Source: Pocillopora damicornis
Taxonomy: Eukaryota
Reading direction: 5' to 3'
DNA: 64,000 bases
Assembly: GCF_003704095.1 (NCBI RefSeq)
Contig: NW_020847331.1
Span: 186,001-250,000, forward strand
This document shows positions 12,618 through 25,178 of this stretch, one piece after another. How positions within the stretch are numbered: the first letter of the stretch is position 1; each line of letters opens with the position of its first letter. The notes below the pieces were generated by a model, which ran no database searches, had not been told where the DNA came from, and saw nothing but the letters and a program-made list of their open reading frames with translations. Both the position numbers and the translations under genes were made by a program.

Positions 12618-15067
12618 ACAAGAAAAGAAGCGGCTTTTTATTTAGCCTCGTTTTATAGGTGTTTCAGTACCCTGCTCTAATCTTTGTAATCTTGGCTTGC
12701 TTTGCGTATAAAGGACTGCATTGACTCTAATGACCCGTTTGATGGATAAGGTAGATACATCAAAATAAGTAAGTGTGTCCTGAAGTTACCTCAATTGAAG
12801 AGGTCCAATCTTAGCCGTCCATATAATTCCCAAGCTCTAAATAGCAATTCTCATTTGGATCTGCTTTGTATTTCCTTTTGAATTGGTCAAGAGAATGTGG
12901 CGTTATATCAATGTTGCACTCCTATGTTGAACAGATATATTTGTCTAATTTCGTCGCCTTTTCCCCGTATATTTAATGAAACTGGACGGAGAAATCAATT
13001 ACACAACTTACTGTAGGTAAAGTTTTGACGACGATTGACGGTATTAACTTCGGCGGTTAAAAACATCTTTAAATGTTTTCTATTGACATACATGGGGCGC
13101 GAATTTATCAATAAGTGCTTTCTGCTAAATTAACTTAAGCTCATCAACGCTTGCAGCCTCGACAAAAAGCCAACCAACAATATGTTATTGTAGAAAGGAG
13201 AAAGAAAAATAAAACTCACAATGAGGCCCACGCATCCACAGACAAAAACATTGAAAGTGTTTATGCGTTTCTAAGAGGGTTGTTTTTCTTCCATTGAAGC
13301 CGAACTGAATAAAGAAGTCAATGGGCTGACGTCAGTTATTTACAAGATCCTCTAGTGTTTCAAAAGAATTCCGGATAAACGTGGATTCCTTTACAACTTA
13401 ATTATAAGTGAAAGGACAGAAAAACGTACTTGTGAGGTCACGTTTTAGTTTCCGTTCAAACTCTTTGTATTAAATTTTTCATTCGTTGAGTTCTAAAACT
13501 CATACGAAGTTACTTGACGGTAATTAACCTTAGCCTGATGCTAATATATTTAACCTTGAATGCGGAAAACAAACAGAACAGCTCGCCCAGGCAACTCAGT
13601 AATTCGCAAACTACTTTGCGTGACTTTAAAACTTATTAAGACACAAGAAACATCGACACAGCTGTGTCACATCTCCTTTGAAAAAAATCTCTATTAGCGC
13701 AGCTCGTTCTCGCTGTAAGTCTATTATCACGCATTTATACTTTTCGCTTGAGCAGTCTTGGTACGTGATTGGCACTTTGTTATGTATTGTTGATTTGCAT
13801 TCACGTTAGGTAAATGGAATGACGAGGCTAGAGGCGAGCACTTAACAGCGCGCCATTTCATTCCATTGTTACTTAGAAGGTCGCACTAGTAGGGCTCAGT
13901 TTGACAGAAAGAAGCGATAGAAAGTTTGGAAACCAAACGGACAATAGCCAAAGAAAAGGTAAAGAACTAAAATGTAAGCATTTGACCAATATTAGGTAAA
14001 TGAAGGCTCATTAATAGATTTTGATGTGAAAACAAAGACGTTAAAACTTTTTATTCTTCAGTAAATTTAATTTGAGATATTAAAAAACCTGAAAGTTTCA
14101 TATGTGCAGGACGCGTTATCAGACGCTCTATACAAAATGCATTTTATGTTTACTTAGTATTGGGCGTCTAAGACATATTACAAGCTTTTCCAAATCTGAC
14201 ATTGCGGAAATCACGTTGGTAAGATAAGCTCACTTGAAAAAATTCACCTCATCACAAGGGTATGAACAAGACAGCGAAACGTGATAACAACGCTGACTCG
14301 TTATGCAGGAAGGAAATCTTTAGTATTCTCGAATGATGTAAATATACTAATATACGACATCCGATTTTTCTGCGTAATTAATGATAAGGATTAACAAAAG
14401 AGGAGATTAAATGTTTCGTTTCGACCCGCTCCATCCTTATTACGTCTCGTGACATTTACATGATACAAAGAAACATAATTTACGCTGATCACGACCGAAG
14501 CTGTGAGACACATCTTGAATTGAGAGTGGTATTCATTAGTTTTGAAGGATCAGTAATTAGCTCGAATGAAGTTGACCAATTGATTTTTCAATTAATAGAC
14601 CATTTTCCCTACTGAGAGTGGACGCCGTCAGAGGCCATCAAGTAAGTAAATAAGTAGTTTGGTTTACCTTAATTGTGGTTAGAGGTATTGTTTTTAAAAT
14701 ACCTTTCAACAAGAACTGCACTGAGAAGATCAAAAGATAGTGAAAATCATGCGGACCAATATAAGTTTTAAGTAGTTATGTTTTAATCGAGAAGTCGAAT
14801 ACTTGAAAAGCACAAAGCTAATTGATTCAGGAACCAATAGAAAAAAGATTATTGAAGCACAAAACTCCCGATGCTTCAAAGCAAGAGTCGTCCTTCTTGC
14901 AACCATTTTGGTTGAACATCAAAACCTTCACGATATTTTTACTATACTTTGAAGCCCTCGTGCTTTTAGCATCACACTGGAATTTTTCTTTGAGCGACAC
15001 TATGAGGATAAAACTTATTCACACAATTATTTTGATAAGAAAAGCCACACTCTTGCTTCAAATTGAA

Positions 15068-15187
15068 AAAAAGATCACCACACGTTGCTCGCTTTAACCT
15101 GTCAGGCCGTAACCTCGGTACTCAAACAAAAAGATCACCACACGTTGCTCACTTTAACCTGTCACGCCGTAACCTCAGTACTCAAAC
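15068..15187. repeat. 60-bp tandem duplication (2 copies)
   Basis: 15068-15127 vs 15128-15187 differ at 3 positions. Confidence 0.95.
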
Positions 15188-15881
15188 TCTCCATGTCGTC
15201 TTCCATACAATTCTTTTCAAGAGGAGAATTTGTTAAACAATAAAAGCTTCTAAGGTTGGCGATGATGTTCCTTATTCTCATAATCGTAACGAATGATTCA
15301 GCAGTATTACTGTCAGGAGAAGTTAAATGCTGGTCACTACATGCTGATGCCTAAAAAAATGACTAGTTGCTCCCAAGTTATTGTCATAGCTTGCAGCAAT
15401 CTGACGACTCAACTCACAAACTGTTAACTAAGTGCTATTTTAAATAAATTCATCAACTTCACCAAAAACATTATCATTCTTGAATTAACTAATCTTAAGA
15501 ATAAGCACGTTTAAATAAAACCAAAACTTTGACAAAAAAACCCTTCACTCTCCCTTCCATGGCCAATCTCTCTAAGAGCCCCCCGTAAACGTGGAAGTAA
15601 TCACTATCCATGCATGCAAAACAAAAATTGAATACTTACAAAATTCTGCTGTTACGCTGGGCAATGAAAATTTTAAATTCTTCCAAAGTTAATCAAAGTG
15701 CGGTGATACAGCGACAGGTGACCCAGCTTGATGCTATCGCGATATCCTGGTAAATATTCCTCAGCAGAGACCTGCCCAACGGGGGGTAGGGTGTTTACAT
15801 TTCAATATTATTTATATGTCTTATATTTTATAACTATTGCCTAAGCTAGAATGTTTACATCCTGACGGTACAGGGTAAAAG

Positions 15882-18800
15882 ATGCCAGACAAATTTGGTA
15901 AAGAAGCACTTGAAGCTCACAACAGATACCGGTCTCTCCATCAAGCTCCTCCGCTGAAGTGGTCAAGATCTCTAGAAAAGGACGCGGAAAAGTGGGCTAA
16001 AGAGTTGGCTAAAGACGGGAGGCTAAGACACGAAGATACTGATGATGGAGAGAACTTGTATTCCGTATCCGGCAAGAGTGATGTCACCGGAGGAGAAATC
16101 GTGGATCGGTGGTACGCAGAAGTCGACAAGTAAGGACATATTAATTATCCTTTCCGTTTGACATTAATTCAAGTTGTTCTTAAATGCGATTAACATAATG
16201 CGATTAGAATATTAGTAATTAAGACCTCACAAGGATCATGGGAAAGGAGGGGGGCTAAGTTCGTCGATTGTTACGTGTATGATGATCGTTCCGGAGACAA
16301 TGATACACTAGAAACGTAAAATGATATTATAATCTAACTGCGGTCGTGACTCGCCGAAATCTTTCGTGTTAGAATCCTAACCGCTATTTAAGATAAGGCT
16401 TTGTATTAATTAAATTGAACTTGGCTACTTTTGATCACAAGTCACTGCAATCAATTTATTTCTAAGCCATGAATATCTCGTCTTTCTTTAACAGCTATGA
16501 TTTTAGAAGCCCAGGATTCAAAAGTGGCACGGGCCACTTCACACAGATTGTGTGGCAGGAGTCAACAGAACTGGGAGTAGGCAAGGCCAAGGGTAGCAAC
16601 GGGAAAATTATTGTCGTGGCTCGATATCGACCACCAGGAAATGTCATTAATCACTTTCAAAACAATGTTAAGCCAAAGGTAATGTCACTTAAATGTAAAA
16701 ATATTTTTCGTTCTTCCTTTGAGTCAAGAGCATTAGCGTTGCGATCCTCCTTAAATGATAATTTGGAAATATTTCTAATGCGTAAATTTTTTATAAACGC
16801 ATAAATTTCTCAAGCAATGCAGCATAAATAATATTGAGTTAATTTAGCTATCTTTGTTCTATGCAGCTGGGCAGCGTAGTCAATAGCAGTTCTAGGGAGA
16901 GGGATTCGAGAGATTATTCTACACGGCTGGAACCAAGACGAGATTTTGATGACTCGAGAAGATCTCCCTCTCGGCAAGAAAAAACTGAAACAGTAAGGGA
17001 TAAGGGGATGAATTAAGGATAAATAACGAAGTTAAAAATGGTTGAGGGAGTACTGGAAAGAATATTGGATTTAAGGGGTGAAATTTAAAGTAGGATGTAA
17101 GTTATGTGAAAACGATAAGGGAGTAAGAGACTTGACCTCCCTGGTTAATAAGTTGTTAAAGTATGCAAACAAAAGCATCGATATGAGAGGACTTCAACAA
17201 GAAGAAAGAAAACAGAATAAGGCTCACTACAATATACAAAGAAGCAAGAGGAGGATAGAGTTAAATATTTAACTCGCTCAGCGTCTGTCTGCGTAACAAA
17301 TGAGAGTGTAAAAAACTTGGTGAAGATGATATCAAGAACGTTAGCAAGAGAGAGAAAGGGCAATTAAGTGTTCACTACATTTGCTCGATCAACGATTTTC
17401 AATTGGGTACGAAATTCAATTAGGCATCGTCTTGCTTGAGGTCAAGTGACCAAGGTGCAATTGAAAGAAGAAAAACAAAGACAGGAGTAGGAAAGGGAGT
17501 AGGCTGTAGTGGGAATTTCAAACCTTGGCTTTTTCACCCAGCAATTTCCATGTTCTTTGAGCTAAAGAAAAAAAGGGTGGGGGTGGGTTTCTGTGAATTT
17601 CAAGCCTTAAATATTTCAGTGCTCTTTGAATATAGCAGTCTGGCCTTTTATTTTCAGGTTACTTATGATCGAGACGGGGTCAAAACCACAGTAACGAAGA
17701 CAATCATAACAGATGGAGGAAGGGGAGGTCAGTTGATCTCTAAAAAAAGAAAAAAAAAAAAAAGCAAGTTTCTGCCCGTTTAGATCAAACAAAGTTGATC
17801 CATGACGCCATGTGTTTGAATTAAAGAAAGGAAATTTAGCAATATAACGGGGAGACATAACCAGTGGCAGATCTAAGGGAGGGGCCAGGGGCGTCTGGGT
17901 CCGCCACTGATAACCATGTAACAAANNNNNNNNNNNNNNNNNNNNNNNNNNNNNNNNNNNNNNNNNNNNNNNNNNNNNNNNNNNNNNNNNNNNNNNNNNN
18001 NNNNNNNNNNNNNNNNNNNNNNNNNNNNNNNNNNNNNNNNNNNNNNNNNNNNNNNNNNNNNNNNNNNNNAAAAAAAAAATCACGTCCTTACGACTATTTC
18101 TTCTCAGATCCATTTGATAGATTTCCAAGAGATATGAGAAGAGCATTTGACGACGGTAAGATTCTTTGAGTCTTTTTTATCGCAATGCCTTTTTATTATA
18201 TCGTTTGTATATCATTTCACCCATGTCAAGTATCCTGAGGCACAAATTGCGTGCGATTTTCGAATGCCTATAGCTAGTATTTTTTGTGCTGTCTTGTTTT
18301 TTGTTACCTATGCCCTCTTTCTCATTTCTACCTATAGCTAGTATTTTTTGTGCTCTCTTGTTTTTTGTTACCTATGCCCTCTTTCTCATTTCTGCTACGA
18401 TCAACTCAGACTTATTTTTCTCTACAGATCCTTTAAAAGATAGAAAGGAGAGATGGGAGCGAAACGGTAATTTCATAGATGTCTCATTAGAAGTTTTAAA
18501 AGAAGATTAAGAGAAGAAATTACTGAGGAAACAGATCTACAAGTTTGCAGCCTGCAAACTTGTAGATCTGAGAGGCCCTGCATAGTTAAATCTATGAAAG
18601 AGCTAGGGGGCCTCGCTCCAAATTCATATAGACCAATTCCAAACCGAGTGTGTAAGAGAAAAATTCCTCGTGCGGAGGTAAACAAATATGCTCCCGTTTT
18701 AAGGCCTCGTTAAAATCAAACAAGGTTATCTTGAATCTACACTGAATAACAAGGCTAGGTTTTAAGAACGTAAAAAAAAGGACTATGCTGAGTTTAAACG

Positions 18801-21182
18801 GATAACCTGTGACCCTTTTTGCTTGTATCGAGAGTCTGAAAATTGTATCATTATATCAAAGTACCATCGATTGAAATGATACCGACTCCTTAAAAAAAAT
18901 GTGTTAGGCTCAGCGACTGCTTCTTGGCCAAATGGTGAATATTTTCGTTTCACCAATGTCGCACTTGTTTACTTTTTAATTCACACATCTCAAATGGCTG
19001 TATTCTTTACAAAAACAGATCCTTTCAAGGATAGGAAGGACACGCGGGAGAGAAATGGTAATATTTTAACGCTCTTTCTTAACCCTTAACCCTTTACCCA
19101 TGTCACTTGTCCCAGTTCATGCAAAGCATTATATATTACACTGACACCGAAAATAAACATTTTTGCAGGACTGAAGGTTATAATGTCTTGAAAAAAAAAG
19201 AAGAAAAAAAAACCAAATTTCTCCAAGTCAATCTACGAGGAAGGAATAGCAGTCACTGGAAGGGATGAGTGGAGAAATAGCTTTGACAGAAATACGTTTT
19301 TGCAATTATTGATTACTTTGAGTGACAAGAAGAAGTTCCAAAGCACCTTTTGATAAAGTAGTCGGATAACATCTGCCATACACACAGGTTGATAATAGTT
19401 TCACAATTTTTGTTTATCAGTTCAAGTTACGGAAATTATTAATTGTTGAATTGTTCATAACGATTTTAGCTCAGCCAACGTCTTATTCACCTTCATGGAG
19501 CAGTCAAAAACCGAAGGAAACAAAACCAGGTAATTCCTTAATCTATTTTTTTAAGCGTTATTTCAAGTTGAAATTTGCAATGTCCAATTTTTTTAAAGCT
19601 TGCTAACCATCAGCAGGGACCTCGTAGAACTCACCAACTTGAGTACGCTTTCTAGTAGAAATTTTTTTTCGCGGAACAAGTTCAAAATCGACGAAAAATA
19701 TTGATTAAAATTGTGTCATCCTTTTTGTTTTACGACACCCCGTAGGTGCATAAGGCAGGGAAAGAATTCTGTGCTAACAAGTACGTTTGTGGGCGATCTT
19801 GTAATTCGTTGTTCCAAATAGTAAATGAACATTAGACCCTATGGCGTAACAATTGAGTTCATGCACCTGACAAAAATAGCTATCATGCTTGCTCAACTAG
19901 GGGTTTCTGGAATTTATTTTGACGCCCTCCTAAAACGTGAAGAACGCACTATCAAGCGTGATTCCAAAATTGATCTGGAAGTATCAATTGAGCAACAAGT
20001 TGGTGCAACACGTACGTGTTCAATACATTGGCTGACTAATACATATCGCATAATAAATTCAGCTAGCTTTATTTTTTTTTCGCAGAGAGACCTACTCCTT
20101 CCGCTTCAGCTACATCATCTCCTTCAGGATCCTTTGCAAAACAGTCCCTCGACAGTCATAACAAATACCGAGCTATGCATGGTGTGCCGGGTATGAAGTG
20201 GGCGGATGACCTCGCTAGGGAAGCACAGGCTTGGGCCGAGAAGTTGGCACGTGCACGTACATTGCAGCATTCGAGTAAGAGCGAGAGAAAGAATGCTGGA
20301 GAGAACCTAGCAATGTTTACGGGAAAGTTTGATTCTGCAGGAGAAGAAGCTACCACTATGTGGTGAGTAAAAACTTTGGAAAAGAGCAAATATCATTTCA
20401 AACTAGCAACGGCAAACAAAGAAGAAGGCAAATTAAATACAAGCTATATGGGAAAGCACGAGTTTTGCTCAACTGACAAAATTGCTCCTTGGTCACATTG
20501 AAGTCGGTCAATGACTTTTAACTGAGGATATTGGCTTTGATATTAATAACAATTATTCCAGAAGGGCCATTGAGGGTGTTGAAAATAAAAATAAAAAGAT
20601 CATTCATCAACGAATTTTATTTTACAAGAAACACATTTCCTGGCTTATCAATTGATTGCCTCGACAATTAAACTGTATCATTTAAAAAAAAATGACAAAC
20701 CTCATATCTGTAAAATGTGTCGACTAAGTGTCGAAAGTAATTAAAGATTGCATAATTTCGCTTGGCTTTGCTTTGTGAAAGCTTGCAAGCGTTTTACGAC
20801 ATCCAGACTTTTTTGCACGAATCTGCTTTATCGTCAAAAAAATTACATGATATATTCCTTTTTTCTGATATATTACTGTTTTCAAGACGGTTTGACTTCA
20901 CAAAAGTTTATCGAAAGGACCAATGGAAATGACGTCATAGTAAATTCAATTAACTCCTCTAATAGGTACGACGAGTACAAGGATTATGATTTCCGCCGTG
21001 GTGGATGGCAGGGAGGAACTGGACACTTTACTCAAGTGGTGTGGAAAGACAGTAAGGAGTTAGGAATGGGTCGAGCGAAAACAGGTGATGGTAGACTTAC
21101 ATTTGTGGTGGGTCGATATCGTCCTGCAGGTAACGTCATCAACTTCATGCAAGACAACGTGTTTCCAAGGCGAGGGCGCTAA
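15882..21182 (+). CDS. GLIPR2-like: Tandem double CAP/SCP-domain protein 2 (GAPR-1/GLIPR2-like), ~435 aa, 10 coding exons
   Basis: join(15882..16129,16495..16678,16867..16992,17658..17727,18108..18155,18428..18466,19019..19057,19470..19529,20086..20362,20966..21182). All GT-AG, phases 2,0,0,1,1,1,1,1,2, giving one open frame. Two complete CAP domains (GENL, WY.E, GHFTQ.VW, RYRP.GN). Confidence 0.86.
17862..17909. mobile_element. 48-bp hAT-like mini-element with 5-bp TSD
   Basis: TIR CAGTGGCAGATC...GGTCCGCCACTG, flanked by ATAAC on both sides. Confidence 0.65.
18267..18394. repeat. 64-bp intronic tandem duplication (2 copies)
   Basis: CCTATAGCTAGTATT...CTCATTTCT(A/G) repeated at 18267 and 18331. 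Confidence 0.9.
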
Positions 21183-21897
21183 GTAAAAATGACTGAGCGT
21201 GACAAAATCACGCTAAAATTTAATTTTAAAATATGCATTCGCGTTGACTTTTTACAGTATGTAAATCTCAATGTTCATGACGAAAATAATGTCTTCTCGA
21301 TGGATTAAATGTACCGAACTCAGTTTCACAGTAAAACTAAGCCCCTCATAATATATTTTTGCGATTATTTCATTGATAACATTACTTGGCTAGACAGACG
21401 ATCAAACTCAGAGCACATAAATTCTACTAATTTCATTCGGACAGTTGCATCTTCTTGCTTTTACGATTCGAACGGGTTAGCGTGATAAAGCAACAGAATA
21501 TAGTCTTCAGATAACTAAAGTAAGCTTACCTATTAAAACGGAGAACAACTCACCAATAGTTATGCCGGTTTCAGCATTGAGAAGGCCAGATATAAATGTA
21601 AACCAGCTTCAAGCTTTCGCATTTTGTTTTGGTCCCAGACGCGCATGTACCCCGAGCAAGTAACTTTTATTATTATTCAATTATGCAGGCTGAAGTAAGA
21701 ATCAACAACAAGGAGGAATAGAGTATGTTTGTTGCACGATATATATAAACAAAAAGTACGCGGTTATTGCCAGTCCAGTAACATTTCATATCATGTAACC
21801 GGAGATATACAGAGGTATTTGATATAGTTCAGTTTTTGAGCTCTTGTGGTGTATAATGCAAGTACAAATCGTAATTAAAAATAAAAATATTTCAATA

Positions 21898-21980
21898 AAT
21901 TCTCCTTGTCATATTGAAAGGAAATGTAAATAGAGCAGTGTGGAGAACATGGATACTTATGTTGGCGTGTAAGGGGTTAA
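21898..21980. mobile_element. Partial piggyBac-type MITE end
   Basis: Ends ...GGCGTGTAAGGGGTTAA. Its reverse complement resembles the start of the 12.4 kb and 52.6 kb copies. Confidence 0.4.
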
Positions 21981-22571
21981 GAGATACTCTCCCTCACCAC
22001 CCATCATCATGGACTAATGATAGGATTTGCCGTCGTTCTGAAACAACTGTGCCAAATTGCATTTACAATTAATCGGCGGATTCTCCAAGAATGGCACGAA
22101 ATTGTTCTTTCTAACGACAGTACTCCATTTAAAGATTGTAACACGTTCGTTTCTTACGTTGCAACCATCAGTTTGAAGGTATCCCTCTGAGACTTGCGAC
22201 AAAAAGCCCTCGCTAAGTGGATTTAGAATTGTCAACTTAAATAATTGCACCGATGGCGACATCAGAACAAATATAAAATCAGCAACTTTTTACACCGTTC
22301 CGCACAGTTTAAGTCGGTTATGTGAAATTGCATCCGATTTCCCTTTGGAAACATAATTAATGACGTGATCATTATGAAAGAAAAAAGGTTACAAATGAAA
22401 AAAAAAAGAAAGAAGAAGAAACTGCTTGAAATGAAAAAAAAAAGGAAAAAAATTTGAAAGAGTATAAAAAATTATAATCTTATTCTGAAAAGCTATTAAC
22501 ATGATCAAGCTGGAGAGCCGATTCGAGGGTATTTTTCTCGCGGAGTTTTTTGCGGAAAGGCAAATTCAGTA

Positions 22572-23585
22572 TCAACTTGTGTTCATTTCTTCGATCCTGC
22601 AAGATAACCTTTTCACTGCATTTGGTTGCACTGCACATGTTACTGCAGTCTGGGACATTTCTAGGCTAACTGATCTTTCAAGTCTATTACGAGGAGATCT
22701 GAAGCAACACTTCTGTCGCAAAGTTGCTTTGAGATTTCCACCATAAATACCATACATTATGGGATCCAACACAGCGTTGAGACAGATGAGCAGTTGGGAC
22801 ATCCTCCATAATGCACCTGGCTCGGCGATGTGAAAATACATCAAAGTTCGGGTGATCATAAATGGAGACCAACAAATCGCAAAGGCAACCGTAAGAGCAA
22901 AAAGTGTCTTGGCAATTTTCTGGTGTCGTCTGTTAGATCTCTCCGCATCTCGCTGTGAAGGGACTGTCCTTCTTGAGCGAAGCGCAAGAAATATTTTACT
23001 TTGCGAAAATATCATATAGGACAGTGGAAAGATAAAGAAAAAGAAAGCATGCAGGCTGTAGAAAATCTGTCGACCTACGTCTCCCCACGTCGTATTATTG
23101 CAAACGAGTTCTCCGTTTTCTTCGCGAACCATCTGATAAAGGATTGCTAAGGGAACACATCCAATCAGGCAAACCCCCCAAATTATCAAAAGCCTGCGAT
23201 AGCCTCTGTTTGTGAAATTTCTTGCTCTTGCATTTAAGGGGTCAGTAATGGCTGTCAGTCTCTCGTAACTGATCACTACAAGAGTGCTAATGGAAACACT
23301 GTAGCATGTCTCGACCAGAAACCCGTGAAACTTGCAAACAATTTCCCCTCCGACCCAACGATACAAAAATCCAATGCCGTTGAAGATTGTAAGGAACGTG
23401 AAAATGAGATCTGCTGTTGCTAAGTTGAGGACGAACCACATCAAAGAAGACCCTTTTCTCTTGAGGGTTTTGTAGCAGGTCACCATAACCCAACAGTTAC
23501 CAACCACTGACAAAACATACACAACGAAGTAAAAGATGACAAATGCTATCGCTAAACCTACGGGGAATTTGTCAATGTCAGACAT
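22572..23585 (-). CDS. Intronless class A (rhodopsin-like) orphan GPCR, peptide-receptor-like, 337 aa
   Basis: Seven hydrophobic segments with GN (TM1), LATAD (TM2), C at the TM3 start, ERL, CWSP and DPIMY. The first ATG is 23585; the ORF-track start at 23636 is GTG. Confidence 0.92.
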   Translation of the reverse strand: MSDIDKFPVGLAIAFVIFYFVVYVLSVVGNCWVMVTCYKTLKRKGSSLMWFVLNLATADLIFTFLTIFNGIGFLYRWVGGEIVCKFHGFLVETCYSVSISTLVVISYERLTAITDPLNARARNFTNRGYRRLLIIWGVCLIGCVPLAILYQMVREENGELVCNNTTWGDVGRQIFYSLHAFFFFIFPLSYMIFSQSKIFLALRSRRTVPSQRDAERSNRRHQKIAKTLFALTVAFAICWSPFMITRTLMYFHIAEPGALWRMSQLLICLNAVLDPIMYGIYGGNLKATLRQKCCFRSPRNRLERSVSLEMSQTAVTCAVQPNAVKRLSCRIEEMNTS

Positions 23586-24788
23586 CTGAAGGAGTTTCGA
23601 GACTGAGAAGCCGCACTGTAAACCGTAGATGGACACAAACTCTGAATGAGCTGAATTTGGTTATAAATTTGTTTACAAATGGCGAACGACTTACAAAGCC
23701 AGTTAGCACTCATTATGGCACTTTCAACCAGTCATTGATAATTACGGGCTGACTCTATAGGTGTCCCTTGTTTCAAATAGATTAATTTTCATGTACAAAA
23801 ACATTGGATAATTGTCGCATGTATTTTGCGAAAATGAATTATTACTTGAGTGATAGATGGTACTGTCGAATTTAAATGAATTTCGGGAATTCTGAAAAGT
23901 TCCTTCCGAGATTTTAAGTTCGGGATTGACATTCACATATCTCTGTACACAATGTTATGTTAAAATATTTTAATCTTTGTATGTATGTAGGCGTGTTATT
24001 ATCGTTAAGTCTGAGAAATGAATGACTTTTTTGTCATCATTCTCATTCAAATCGACAAGGAATTGTACTCGTACCGTCACCAATTAACATTTTAACGATA
24101 GAAACTTCAATAGGATATAGAATTTGCATCCTTACGACGTCAAGTGTAAAGTTAGAGTTTTTTTTTTTCGGTTTTCGCACCAGAAATCCTCATATTTTCA
24201 TCTTTAGGTGTGCGGAAAATAACGCGCATTAATTATGAAACTGAAACGAACGAGAGATTAGATGCCACCTGCCAGCAGAGAGAAAAAACTTTCTTGGTGA
24301 AATGATTAGTTTTAGAGCAAAGGTTAGGCCTGTTGTCAATTCTAGAGACACCACAGATATTATGATCTAGCGTCAAGGAAGCCGTATAACAATACTGATC
24401 GACGAAACACAGTACGAAATTCTCTTTGAATCATTCTATAGTCTGTTTTTATTCGCCCTAACGATTAAATAGCAGCTTAGATACATCATGAGTAATTTAC
24501 TCATTGAGGAAAAGACTCCTGATTCTTAAAGGAAAACCGACGTGTGATCGAGGAGTTCATTATCTGTTAATTTTTTGACGTTCTCCTGGTTCGACCGGTC
24601 TTTAATGTCATAGACTGAATTTGTTTTGGTATAGCTTTAACAACAACAACAAAAAAACCCTAGCTGAACTATTTTAAAGAACCAACTAATTTTTTTAACC
24701 ATACTTTATATAAATTACAAAGGAGCGTCTCCTAACTAACCACACCATTTACAATATATTTAACCTGGGCCCATGCCCTCCTGAACAT

Positions 24789-25178
24789 CTCGATACAAAC
24801 TCGCAGTAAACACCGCTATCTTTGAATGTCATCGAAACTCTATATTGTGGGAAAGCTTTTACAATAAACCATAAAAGCGCTATAAAGCCTTTTTAAACAG
24901 TCGGTTTGCCGGCCACAACTACTAAAATTACTGAGTCACCAACTGCTTATGTTAGTATATAAAGCACTCTAGAAGGTTCCAGAAGCTTAAAAATAAACAC
25001 TCTTGTAACATTAAATCATTCTTGCATCAATTACTAGAATGTTCTAAAAAGTTCCAGAGTATTATATCAGAATTTATTAGAGTCCACATAGCATGACTAA
25101 GCTCTCTAGAAAATTTCCAGAAGCTCCTTATTTACATAGCAAGTTATAAATTGAATTTTATGTAATTTTATAGTTCGA
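24789..25178. repeat. Unclassified interspersed repeat with internal TAGAA..TTCCAGA motifs
   Basis: Three to four degenerate copies of TAGAA(G/T/A).TTC(C/T)A(G/A)A within 24970-25125. Boundaries are approximate. Confidence 0.3.
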
